Source: an uncultured delta proteobacterium
GTDB lineage: Bacteria > Myxococcota_A > Polyangia > Polyangiales > Polyangiaceae
Assembly: GCA_963806225.1 (NCBI GenBank)
Contig: CAWDXG010000004.1
Span: 2,272,001 to 2,336,000, forward strand
Direction: 5' to 3'
DNA: 64,000 nucleotides
Part shown: positions 8,757 through 18,073 of the stretch, piece after piece
How the letters are laid out: every line of letters begins with the position of its first letter
Position numbering within the stretch: the first letter of the stretch is position 1
The notes under the pieces: model-generated
Databases searched by the model: none
What the model was told of the DNA's origin: nothing
What the model saw: only the letters and a program-made list of their open reading frames with translations
Made by a program: the position numbers and the translations under genes

Positions 8757-10277
8757 ATGGAAGCGTACTTGACGAGCACCATCGGCAGGCTGCTCGGGCG
8801 TAGCGCGCGGCGCACGCCACGGCGTCACGCCCTGACGTTCGGCGAACGGACGTGGACCTACGCCGAGCTCGACCAGGCGAGCGAACGTGTGGCGGCGTCG
8901 CTGCTCGGACTCGGGCTGGAGAAGGGGGATCGCGTGGCAGCGTTCGGGAAGAACTCGGACGCATACGCGCTGCTCTGGCTCGGCTCCGCCAAGGCAGGAC
9001 TCATCCACGTACCGATCAACTACGCCCTGGGCGGCGAGGAGCTGCGCTATCTCGTCGAGCAGTCCGGTAGCCGGGCCCTCTTCTACGATCCGGCGCTTGC
9101 CAGCAAGGTTGGCGAGGCGGGGCTGGAGCTCGAGCTCACGGGCACGCTGCGCGATGGCAGCTCCGGAGGAGACGTTCTGGCAATGGCGCGCGATGCGTCG
9201 GCGCCGGCGCTCCAGTCCGACGTGAGCGACGGCGACGTGGCACAGCTTCTGTACACGTCCGGCACCACTGCGGCGCCGAAGGGCGCCATCATGACGCACC
9301 GGGCACTCCTCCACGAGTACACGAGCGCGGCGCTGGCACAGGATCTGACGCCGCGCGACCGCGTGCTGCACGCGTTGCCGCTCTATCATAGCGCGCAGAT
9401 GCACGTGTACCTGATGCCCGGGCTGATGCTCGGCTGCGAGAACTGGTTGATGGAGGCGCCGGAGCCCGCGCGCGTGCTCGACCAGATCGTCGAGCACCGC
9501 ATCAATGTCTTCTTTGCGCCGCCCACGGTCTGGATCGCGCTCTTGACGCTGCTGGAACAGGACGCGTCGCGCGCGCGAACACTGACCAAGGCGTACTACG
9601 GCGCCTCGATCATGCCGGTGCCGGTGCTGCAGCGCCTGCGCAAGCTGTTCCCGGCGCTCGGCTTCTACAACTGCTTCGGACAGTCCGAGATCGGGCCGCT
9701 GGCGACGGTGCTGCGCCCCGAAGAGCACGAGGCGCGGCCGGCATCGGCCGGGCGTGCCATCCCGTTCGTGGACATGCGCGTGGTCGACGACGACATGCAG
9801 GACGTGGCCCCGGGCGAGGTCGGAGAGGTCGTCTACCAGTCGCCGCAGCTCTGCCTCGGCTACTGGGACAAGCCGGACGAAACCGAAGCGGCGTTCCAGG
9901 GCGGCTGGTTCCACTCGGGAGACCTCGCGCGCATCGACGAGGAAGGCTACATCACCATCGTCGATCGCAAGAAGGACATCATCAAGACGGGCGGCGTCGT
10001 GGTCGCGTCGCGCGAGGTGGAAGAGACGCTGTTCAAGCACGAGGCCGTGCAGGAGGTCGCCGTGATTCCCCTGCCCGACCCGAAGTGGATCGAGGCAGTG
10101 ACCGCCGTGATCGTGCTCAAGGCCGGCGCGAAGGCAACCGAGCAGGAGTTGGTCGAGCACGCGAAGAAGTCGCTCGCGCCCTTCAAGGTCCCCAAGCGCG
10201 TCATCTTTGTGGACGAGCTGCCGCGCAACGCCTCGGGCAAACTGCTCAAGCGGGTGTTGCGCGACCAGTTCGGCTAG
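8757..10277 (+). CDS. Acyl-CoA synthetase (AMP-forming)
   Basis: YTSGTTAAPKG, FGQSE, GWFHSGD and PRNASGK motifs. Confidence 0.93.
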   Translation: MEAYLTSTIGRLLGRSARRTPRRHALTFGERTWTYAELDQASERVAASLLGLGLEKGDRVAAFGKNSDAYALLWLGSAKAGLIHVPINYALGGEELRYLVEQSGSRALFYDPALASKVGEAGLELELTGTLRDGSSGGDVLAMARDASAPALQSDVSDGDVAQLLYTSGTTAAPKGAIMTHRALLHEYTSAALAQDLTPRDRVLHALPLYHSAQMHVYLMPGLMLGCENWLMEAPEPARVLDQIVEHRINVFFAPPTVWIALLTLLEQDASRARTLTKAYYGASIMPVPVLQRLRKLFPALGFYNCFGQSEIGPLATVLRPEEHEARPASAGRAIPFVDMRVVDDDMQDVAPGEVGEVVYQSPQLCLGYWDKPDETEAAFQGGWFHSGDLARIDEEGYITIVDRKKDIIKTGGVVVASREVEETLFKHEAVQEVAVIPLPDPKWIEAVTAVIVLKAGAKATEQELVEHAKKSLAPFKVPKRVIFVDELPRNASGKLLKRVLRDQFG

Positions 10278-11188
10278 TGCCCGTGGCCGTGCGCGTGCTC
10301 GGTCGGCTTCGGCCAGGGCAGCGTCGACATGATCACGCCGGTGGCCAGCGTCGCCGCGAAGATCAGGGCGAGCGGCAGCCAGAATCCCCCGAAGCTCGCG
10401 AGCAACGCCAGACTCCGCTGGAACAACAGAGCCACGACCACGGTGTCGAGCACCGCCACGGTAGCGGTGAACGCAAACGCCGTCGGCAGCGGATCGCGTG
10501 CACCGCGCGGGTGGAAGTAGCGCGACGCGACGGTCGCGAAGATCATCGGGGCCAGAACCGCGTGCGCGACGACGGCCGCAGCGGTACTGGTGATCGCGAG
10601 CAGCAGCGCCATCACCGCGGCGCACAGCGCCCAGCCGATGACACCGAAACCGAAGAGACGCGCGAGCGACCCGCCGCGCTGCTCGATCAGCAGCCCGGGA
10701 CTCGCTGTCGGCAGCGCTTCGGCCAGCCAGACAGCCCAGGAGCGGATGCGGTCGGGATCCCGCCAATCGCCCGCGTGCTCCTTCGCCATGGCAGCAACCG
10801 GGAAGCCCTGCGCGTCGGCTTCGAGCCGGCCGCCGAACGTCTCGTGCCCCCGCGCGCCCACGCGCTGCATCAGCGTCTCCACCTGGCGGGTCGGTTCAAT
10901 CACGTCACGCGCAGCCGAGTCGTCGAGCGGACCGCTCGAGAAGAACCACACCGGCACATGCGCCAGTTCGCGCGCGCGACGATTCACGAAGCGACGCGCG
11001 TCCCGGTGCCAGCGGTTGCCGTACAACGCTCCGCCGACGATCACCGCGTCGAAGCCGCTGGCGCGGAGCGCCCGCCGCGCCGGCAGCAGGTCCACGTCCA
11101 GGCCGCGCGCCTCGAGCGTCTCGCCGATGATGCGGGCGATGCCCTCGGTTCCTCCTCGCTTCGAGCCCCAGGTGACGAGCACACGCAT
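10274..11188 (-). CDS. Flavodoxin-domain (HemG-like) protein fused to a C-terminal 4-TM domain
   Basis: MRVLVTWGSKRGGTEGIA, VIVGGALY, VWFFSSGPL and GDWRD motifs, then four hydrophobic helices; GGGAGG RBS. Confidence 0.8.
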   Translation of the reverse strand: MRVLVTWGSKRGGTEGIARIIGETLEARGLDVDLLPARRALRASGFDAVIVGGALYGNRWHRDARRFVNRRARELAHVPVWFFSSGPLDDSAARDVIEPTRQVETLMQRVGARGHETFGGRLEADAQGFPVAAMAKEHAGDWRDPDRIRSWAVWLAEALPTASPGLLIEQRGGSLARLFGFGVIGWALCAAVMALLLAITSTAAAVVAHAVLAPMIFATVASRYFHPRGARDPLPTAFAFTATVAVLDTVVVALLFQRSLALLASFGGFWLPLALIFAATLATGVIMSTLPWPKPTEHAHGHGH

Positions 11189-11213
11189 GGCAACCTCCCC
11201 TGCCGGAACAGGC

Positions 11214-11230
11214 TGCAAGAGCCATGCCCC
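11214..11230 (-). promoter_or_regulatory. Putative sigma54 -24/-12 promoter
   Basis: GGGGCATGGCTCTTGCA on the - strand (GG-N10-GC), about 25 bp upstream of the flavodoxin start. Confidence 0.6.
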
Positions 11231-11315
11231 GGAGACGCACCGCGCTTGGGCGGCGGGGCTGCCAATCGCGCAGTCAGCGCGCGGCGACCAGCCGGGCGCG
11301 TGATACCTTCGCACC

Positions 11316-12449
11316 ATGACCGCCGCGGCCGCGACGCTGACCGAGCCCGCACGGTCGGCGGGCGCCGTCGACCGCCGCGCGCGACTGGTCGAGTTCCTGC
11401 TCGTGGGCGGCGTGACGCTGGTCTTGTTTCCGCTCGGCTGGTTGCTCCGACGCGTCGTCGGGGCGGACGCCGCCGAGCTCGCTGTGGGGTTCATCTTCTT
11501 CCACGGCGCGCTCGTGATGAACGACCCACACTTTTCGGTCACGTACCTGCTCTTCTACAAGGATGCGCGACGCCGCGCGCTCGGCGAGGTCTTCAGTCCG
11601 GCGCAGCGGGCGCGCTACGTGTTCGCCGGGTTCGTCGTGCCGACCGCCCTGGCCGCATGGGCTGTCGCGGCAATTGCCACCGATTCGGCGCATGTGATGG
11701 GCCTGCTCATCCAGCTGATGTTCCTGCTCGTCGGCTGGCACTATGTGAAGCAGGGCTTCGGCGTGCTCACCGTCCTGTCGGCGCGGCGCGGGATCCGCTT
11801 CAGCGCGGTCGAGCGCCGCGTGCTGCTCGTGCACTGCTACGCGGGCTGGGCCTACGCCTGGGCGAGCCCGTTCGACCCTGGCAGGGAGGTCGAGGAGAAG
11901 GGCGTCGTCTACACGACACTGGCGCAGCCTTACGGGCTCGAACTGGCCGCCGGCGTCGTATTCGCGGCGAGCGCACTCGCGCTGCTGTGGGTGCTCGCCA
12001 AGAAGTGGCAGAACGAGCGCCGGCTTCCGTATGGGCCGCTCGGCGCGTTTCTCATCAGCATCTGGCTCTGGACGGTGTACTCCAGCGTCGATCCGCTGAT
12101 GGTGTACATGATCCCGGCGCTGCACTCGGTGCAGTACCTGTACTTCGTGGGGCTCCTGAAGCGGAACGAGGCGCGCGTGCAGGAAGGGCCGCCACTCTTC
12201 GGACGCCCCGTGAAGCTCAGACTCGCGTTGCTGGCCGCGTCGGCGCTGGGCCTCGGCTGGGTGCTGTTCCACGGCGCCCCGGCCTTTCTGGACGGAAACT
12301 TGGTGCTCGGCAGCGTCGGCGCGCCGGGCGGGCTTGGCGCCACGCCCTATTTCGCAGCTATCTTCGCCTTGCTGAACATCCACCACTACTTCATGGACAA
12401 CGTCATCTGGCGGCGTGAAAACCCGGAAACGCGCTACCTCCGGGCCTAG
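11316..12449 (+). CDS. Polytopic membrane protein with His motifs, function unknown
   Basis: About 10 TM segments; NDPHF, WHYVKQ, HSVQY and HHYFMD motifs. Confidence 0.75.
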   Translation: MTAAAATLTEPARSAGAVDRRARLVEFLLVGGVTLVLFPLGWLLRRVVGADAAELAVGFIFFHGALVMNDPHFSVTYLLFYKDARRRALGEVFSPAQRARYVFAGFVVPTALAAWAVAAIATDSAHVMGLLIQLMFLLVGWHYVKQGFGVLTVLSARRGIRFSAVERRVLLVHCYAGWAYAWASPFDPGREVEEKGVVYTTLAQPYGLELAAGVVFAASALALLWVLAKKWQNERRLPYGPLGAFLISIWLWTVYSSVDPLMVYMIPALHSVQYLYFVGLLKRNEARVQEGPPLFGRPVKLRLALLAASALGLGWVLFHGAPAFLDGNLVLGSVGAPGGLGATPYFAAIFALLNIHHYFMDNVIWRRENPETRYLRA

Positions 12450-13465
12450 CCTTCGACGCGCTCGATGCGCCCGTCCGCATGGCGGGCGAACCGCCCCTCT
12501 TCGCGCGCATGAACGGGGTCGTCGCTGGGCCACGGCCAACCGCCGAAGCCGGTCTCCCGATAGTCGAGCACGGCCTGCTGGATCTCCGCACGGCTGTTCA
12601 TCACGAACGGGCCGTACTGCACGATGGGCTCCTTGATCGGACGGCCCTGCAGAAGCAAGAGCTCGCACTCGCCGTCGCCTGCTTCGAGCCGGACGGGAAC
12701 GTCGGCCTGTAGCGCCGCGGCCACGTATTCTTTCACGGACCGCTCGGCGATCTTCATCGACGGCCCGGCGAAGAAGTAGAGCGTACGGCCGGTGCCGGAT
12801 TTCGCAGGAGGCATCGTCCACACGGCGCCAGGCTCCATGCGCACACACCAGATGGCCACATCCGCCTGCTCGCGCGACGCCCACGACGACGGCGGTGGCG
12901 CGAGCGGCTTCGCGTCGTCAAGCGCACCGGCGATGACCGTCACCTCGGTCTTTCGCCCGGCTTCATCGGTGAAGCTCCGACGCGGGATATCACCGTCCCA
13001 GAACATCGTGAAGTACGGGTCGACCAGCTTGTCCGACTTCGGCAGGTTGAGCCAGATCTGGAACAGCTCGAGCGGGTTCGGCTTGTCGCGCTCGACGAGC
13101 GGGAACATCTCCGAGTGCACGACGCCGCCGCCGGCCGTCAGCCACTGCACGTCGCCGCGGCCGTAGCGCGCCGCGGCGCCCAGCGAGTCGGAATGATCGA
13201 TGTAGCCGCGCCGGACGATGGTCACCGTCTCGAAGCCGCGGTGCGGATGCTGCGGGAAGCCCGGCACCACCTGCCCGTGGTACATACGCCAGCCGTCCTT
13301 GCCTTCGAAATCCTGTCCCAGGTTGCGACCGGACAGCGACGCGGCCGGACCCATCTGCTCGTTGGCCGCGGGGTAGGCGTCGTCGTGGTGCACGCAGAAC
13401 AGGAACGGGTCGCCCGTCGGCCACTGGAAGCCGAGGGGATGCACAACGAGAACCGGGGCGCTCAT
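12446..13465 (-). CDS. Pirin family protein
   Basis: DPFLFCVHH, GFPQHPHRGFETVT, HSDS, GVVHSE and GPFVMN motifs. Confidence 0.93.
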   Translation of the reverse strand: MSAPVLVVHPLGFQWPTGDPFLFCVHHDDAYPAANEQMGPAASLSGRNLGQDFEGKDGWRMYHGQVVPGFPQHPHRGFETVTIVRRGYIDHSDSLGAAARYGRGDVQWLTAGGGVVHSEMFPLVERDKPNPLELFQIWLNLPKSDKLVDPYFTMFWDGDIPRRSFTDEAGRKTEVTVIAGALDDAKPLAPPPSSWASREQADVAIWCVRMEPGAVWTMPPAKSGTGRTLYFFAGPSMKIAERSVKEYVAAALQADVPVRLEAGDGECELLLLQGRPIKEPIVQYGPFVMNSRAEIQQAVLDYRETGFGGWPWPSDDPVHAREEGRFARHADGRIERVEG

Positions 13466-13554
13466 GGCTACCGACTATAGCGCGCGCCAGGCGCCCGGTC
13501 CTGCGCCCGGCTCCCCCCCCCGCGGGGAGCACACCGGAGCACATCGCCGGCTAG

Positions 13555-14269
13555 GTCGTGCCGGGCATGCCGAACCTGCACTCGCACGCCTTCCAGCGCG
13601 CCATGGCCGGCCTCACCGAGCACGCATCGGGAAGCGGCGATAGCTTCTGGACCTGGCGCGAGACCATGTACCGCTTTCTCGCGCGCCCGGGACCCGACGA
13701 GGTCGAGGCGATCGCGGCGGAGCTCCAGGTCGACATGCTGGAAGCGGGCTACACTGCGGTCGGCGAGTTCCGCACCATGCGCCGGACGGCCGCGGCTACG
13801 ACAACCCCGTCGAGCTGGCCGAGCGGGTCATCGCCGCCGCTCGGACGGCCGGCATCCGGCTGACGCTGCTACCGGCATTTCCGTCGGCGTCGCGGAGGAG
13901 CTGAGGTCGCTCGAGTACGCGCAGCGGCTGGCCTGCGAGGAGCGCAACCTGCTAACGGGCGACACGGTTCCGTCGGTCGGGACGTTCCTGTATTCGGCGG
14001 CGCTCGCGGGCGGTGCGCAGGCACTCGCACAGCCCATCGGCAACGTCGCGCCGGGGCTGCAGGCGGATCTTGTAGTGCTGGATCCCGACCACCCCGTATT
14101 CACGGGCCGTCCCCTCGAGCGCCTGCTCGACGCCTACGTCTTCAGCAGCCACGGCAATCCGGTGCGCGATGTGATGTTCGGCGGCCAGTGGGTGGTGAGG
14201 GACGGCCGCCACCGGGACCGCGAACTGGTGCGCAAGCGTTACCGGCAAGCAGTGGACCGTCTGCGCTGA
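13555..14269 (+). pseudogene. hutF: Formimidoylglutamate deiminase remnant
   Basis: PGMPNLHSHAFQRAMAGLTE..DSFWTWRE, then a frameshift (HHAPDGRGYDNP..GIRLTLLP), a large internal deletion, then EELRSLEYAQRL..VRDVMFGGQWVVRDGRH; N-terminus missing. Confidence 0.85.
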
Positions 14270-14350
14270 CGCGCGCGTCCAGGCCATCTGGCACCGACAC
14301 GAACGCCCCATCGGGGCAGAAGTCCCACGCCGAGCATCCTGCGAGGCGTG

Positions 14351-14372
14351 GGCAAATGCTGCGCATTTTGCC
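14351..14372. promoter_or_regulatory. Imperfect palindrome, candidate enhancer-binding-protein site
   Basis: GGCAAATGC-TGC-GCATTTTGCC about 50 bp upstream of a sigma54 site. Confidence 0.4.
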
Positions 14373-14417
14373 GAGCTATTTCGTCGCGCCATGCGACTCC
14401 GCTGCAGGAAACCCCGC

Positions 14418-14434
14418 TTGGCACGCGCAGTGCA
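14418..14434 (+). promoter_or_regulatory. Putative sigma54 promoter of the tailoring operon
   Basis: TTGGCACGCGCAGTGCA, close to consensus TGGCACG-N4-TTGCA. Confidence 0.72.
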
Positions 14435-14571
14435 TTCGCGGAAGCAGGGGAATGGCATCCCAGACACCAGGACGGGAGACCCGGGGTTTTGTCGCGAGCG
14501 CAAGCGCGCGTCGCCATGGCGCCCGGAACCACGTCGCACGCATCAGCTTCGAGATACCAAAGGGGAACCAG

Positions 14572-15132
14572 ATGGGGGTCGACTACTGGGTCGCACAGAT
14601 CCTGCGCATGACCACCGATCGCCGCTACGCGTGGGACAAGGCAGAGCGTGCGCTCGGCTTCGCGCGCGCACTGCCACTGTTCCACAGCTGCGAGACGGGC
14701 ACGCATCTGTGCGCGACAGGTTTTGTCCGGGTGAGGAACGACGGGCGCGTCACCATCGGCAATCGGGTCACCTTCTTCGGAGGCATGCTCTCCACACAGA
14801 TCGTGTGCCACCCCGGCGCCACACTCGAGATCGGCGACGAGTCCACTTTCAACTACGGGGTGTCCATCGATGCAGCCGAATCCATCCGGATCGGCCGGCG
14901 CTGTCTGGTGGCTTCAATGGTCCGGATTTCGGACGCAAGTGCAGGGCAACACCTTCCCGTAACGATCGGCGAGGATGTCTGGATCGCGCACAGCGCGATC
15001 CTCGAACCGGGCGTCACGATCGGCAACGGTTCGGTGATCGCCGCAGGCAGCGTCGTGACCCGGGACGTGCCTCCCCGCTCGCTGGCGATCGGCAATCCGG
15101 CACGCAGCATGGCATTGGAGGTGCGGGCATGA
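14572..15132 (+). CDS. Hexapeptide-repeat O-acetyltransferase
   Basis: PVTIGEDVWIA, GVTIGNGSVIAAGSVVTRDVP and GNPAR motifs. Confidence 0.88.
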   Translation: MGVDYWVAQILRMTTDRRYAWDKAERALGFARALPLFHSCETGTHLCATGFVRVRNDGRVTIGNRVTFFGGMLSTQIVCHPGATLEIGDESTFNYGVSIDAAESIRIGRRCLVASMVRISDASAGQHLPVTIGEDVWIAHSAILEPGVTIGNGSVIAAGSVVTRDVPPRSLAIGNPARSMALEVRA

Positions 15133-16112
15133 CTTTCTCACGCAGCGTCCTCGACATCGACGCCCAGGCGGAAGCAGCGGTCATCGAACAGTCGATCCGC
15201 GACCAGGTGCACGGCACACTGCACCGCCGCGGCGCGGTCGTCGGACTTTCAGGCGGCGCCGACAGCTCGGTCGTCGCCACGCTCTGCGTGCGCGCCCTTG
15301 GCGCCGAACGGGTGCTGGGACTGCTGATGCCCGAACGCGATTCGTCCGGTGATTCGTTGCGGCTGGGCAGGACGATTGCCCGGCACCTGGGCCTGAAGGA
15401 GATCGTGGAGGACATCGCACCCGCGCTCGAAGCGCTCGGTTGCTATTCGCGCCAGACGCAAGCCATCCAGCAGGTATTCCCCGAGTATGGCGACGGTTGG
15501 CGTTGCAAGATCACGCTCCCTTCCATCCTCGACAGCGAGCGGCTCAACGTCTTCAAGCTGACCGTGGAGGATCCCGATGGTGCGACGCGCACGAGCCGCA
15601 TGCCGCTGGCTGCGTACCTCGGGCTGGTCGCCGCGACGAACTTCAAGCAGCGCGTGCGCAAGATGACGGAGTACTACCACGCCGACCGGCTGGGCTACGC
15701 CGTCGCCGGCACGCCAAACCGGCTGGAGTACGACCAGGGATTTTTCGTCAAGCAGGGCGACGGCGCAGCCGATTTCAAACCGATCGCACACCTGTACAAG
15801 ACGCAGGTGTACGCGCTCGCCGCCTACCTGGGGGTACCCGAGGAGATCCGGCAGCGCCCCCCCACGACCGACACGTACTCCATGGAGCAGACGCAGGACG
15901 AGTTCTACTTCGCCCTCCCTTATGACCGCATGGACCTGTGTCTGTACGCCTACAGCCACGACATCGCGGCGGCCGAGGTCGCGCCGATCGTCGACCTCGC
16001 TCCAGCGCAGGTCGAGCGTGTCTACCGGGACATCGCGTCCAAGCGGCGGGCCACGAGATACCTGCACGCCCCGCCGCTGCTGGTGCGCAAGGTGGAGGAA
16101 GTGGGAATCTAG
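15129..16112 (+). CDS. nadE: NAD synthetase-like N-type ATP pyrophosphatase (cluster-associated paralog)
   Basis: VVGLSGGADSS P-loop, GTPNRLE, GFFVKQGDG and LYKTQV motifs; ATGA overlap with the upstream gene. Confidence 0.85.
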   Translation: MTFSRSVLDIDAQAEAAVIEQSIRDQVHGTLHRRGAVVGLSGGADSSVVATLCVRALGAERVLGLLMPERDSSGDSLRLGRTIARHLGLKEIVEDIAPALEALGCYSRQTQAIQQVFPEYGDGWRCKITLPSILDSERLNVFKLTVEDPDGATRTSRMPLAAYLGLVAATNFKQRVRKMTEYYHADRLGYAVAGTPNRLEYDQGFFVKQGDGAADFKPIAHLYKTQVYALAAYLGVPEEIRQRPPTTDTYSMEQTQDEFYFALPYDRMDLCLYAYSHDIAAAEVAPIVDLAPAQVERVYRDIASKRRATRYLHAPPLLVRKVEEVGI

Positions 16113-16114
16113 CC

Positions 16115-18073
16115 ATGTGCGGAATCGCCGGCATCCTGTCGCTCGACGGGCGGTCGCCGCCACCCGATTTCCATGAACTCGCGACGATGGCCTCGGCGCT
16201 CAGGCACCGCGGGCCAGACGAATTCGGCGCCTACCGTGATCGCCGCATCGGACTGGCCCACGCACGCCTGTCGATCATCGATCTTTCCACGGGACAGCAG
16301 CCTCTGGCGAACGAGGACGAGGCGCTCTGGATCGTGTTCAACGGCGAGATCTTCAACTACGTCGAACTGCGCGACGAGCTGTCGTCGCTCGGTCACGTGT
16401 TCCGGACCCGGAGCGACACGGAGGTCATCGTCCACGCCTACGAGCAGTGGGGGAACGACGCCTTCCCACGCTTCAACGGGCAGTGGGCCCTCGCCCTCTG
16501 GAACAATCGCGAACGGCGCCTTGTCCTCTCGCGCGATCGGCTCGGGATCCGACCCCTCTACTACTGCCAGCACGCAGGTCGTCTGCTGTTTGCAAGCGAG
16601 GTGAAGGCCATCTTCACGGCAGACGCATCGATCCCGCGCGCGCTCGACCCCACCGGGCTCGACGAGACGTTCACCTTCTGGTCGATCGTGCCACCACAGA
16701 GCGTCTTTTCCGGCGTCTACGAGCTCGAGCCCGGGCACGTCCAGAGCTGGCAGGACGGCGTCGTCCGCGACCATGCTTACTGGACCCCATCCTACGAGCC
16801 GCGCTTTCTGGGCTCGCTGGATGAAGCCGCAGAAGCGGTGTGCGCCCAGCTATTGGAAGCGACGCGACTCAGGATGCTGCGCGCCGACGTCCCGGTGGGC
16901 AGCTACCTGTCGGGCGGGCTCGACAGCTCGCTGGTCGCGGCCATGGGCCACGAAGCGAAGCAGGAAGGATTCCGCACATTCTCGCTGCGCTTCGCCGACT
17001 CGGAATACGACGAAACCGACTACCAGCGCACAATGGCCGAGCTCCTGGGCAGCGAGCACCAGGAGGTCATGGTCCGGCGCGAGGACATCGCCGAGATCTT
17101 TCCGGACGTTGTCTTCCACACCGAACGCCCAATCCTGCGGACCGCTCCGGCGCCGCTGTTCCTCCTGTCGCGACTGGTGCGGCGGGCCGGCATCAAGGTC
17201 GTGCTGACGGGCGAGGGCGCCGACGAGATGTTCGCCGGCTACGATCTGTTCCGGGAAGCGAAGGTGCGGCGCTTCTGGGCCCGCCACCCCGAGTCCACGC
17301 TGCGGCCGCGCCTTCTGGAACGGCTCTATCCCTACCTGGCGCGCTCGCCGGTCGCCCAGCGCGCGATCACCCAGCAGTTCTTCGGGCGCGGGCTCCACGC
17401 ACATCGGCAGCCGGGCTTTTCGCACGCCCCGCGCTGGCAGAGCGCAGCAGCACTGAAGCGGCTCTTCACCGAGGAGTTCCGCCGTTCCGGTGCCGTCGAG
17501 CACCTGCTCGGTGGGCTTCCCGGGGAATTCGCAGGCTGGTCGCCGCTCGCGCAGGACCAGTACCTGGAGGTGCGGACGCTGCTCTCCGGCTACCTCCTGT
17601 CGTCCCAGGGCGATCGCATGCTGATGGCGAACTCCGTCGAGGGGCGCTTTCCCTTCCTCGACAAGAACGTGGTCGAGCTCGCCAACTCGCTTCCGGCGAG
17701 CTACAAGCTGCGCGTCCTCGACGAGAAGCACGTGCTCAAGCGCGCAAGCGTTGGTCGAGTGCCGCTCGCCATCCGCGCGCGCAAGAAGCAGCCCTATCGC
17801 GCGCCTGACGCCGCCGCGTTCGCGAAGGGCCCGGACTGGATCCGGGACGTTCTCGACGAGACAGCGCTCAAGAGCGCCGGCGTTTTCGACCCACGCGCAG
17901 TGACGCAGCTCTGGACCAAGTGCCAATCGCGCGGTGAGAGCGGCACGTTCTCCAATGCAGACAACATGGCGGTGACGGGAGTGCTGTCGACACAGCTCCT
18001 GCATCGCTTCTTCGTGAGCGAGCGGCCGCGCTTCGAGCCCGTCCACTTCCTCACACAAAGGGACCTTTCATGA
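16115..18073 (+). CDS. asnB: Asparagine synthase (glutamine-hydrolysing)-like amidotransferase
   Basis: N-terminal MCGIAG, HRGPD, NGEIFN, LSGGLDSS, GEGADE and EGRFPFLD motifs. Confidence 0.95.
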   Translation: MCGIAGILSLDGRSPPPDFHELATMASALRHRGPDEFGAYRDRRIGLAHARLSIIDLSTGQQPLANEDEALWIVFNGEIFNYVELRDELSSLGHVFRTRSDTEVIVHAYEQWGNDAFPRFNGQWALALWNNRERRLVLSRDRLGIRPLYYCQHAGRLLFASEVKAIFTADASIPRALDPTGLDETFTFWSIVPPQSVFSGVYELEPGHVQSWQDGVVRDHAYWTPSYEPRFLGSLDEAAEAVCAQLLEATRLRMLRADVPVGSYLSGGLDSSLVAAMGHEAKQEGFRTFSLRFADSEYDETDYQRTMAELLGSEHQEVMVRREDIAEIFPDVVFHTERPILRTAPAPLFLLSRLVRRAGIKVVLTGEGADEMFAGYDLFREAKVRRFWARHPESTLRPRLLERLYPYLARSPVAQRAITQQFFGRGLHAHRQPGFSHAPRWQSAAALKRLFTEEFRRSGAVEHLLGGLPGEFAGWSPLAQDQYLEVRTLLSGYLLSSQGDRMLMANSVEGRFPFLDKNVVELANSLPASYKLRVLDEKHVLKRASVGRVPLAIRARKKQPYRAPDAAAFAKGPDWIRDVLDETALKSAGVFDPRAVTQLWTKCQSRGESGTFSNADNMAVTGVLSTQLLHRFFVSERPRFEPVHFLTQRDLS

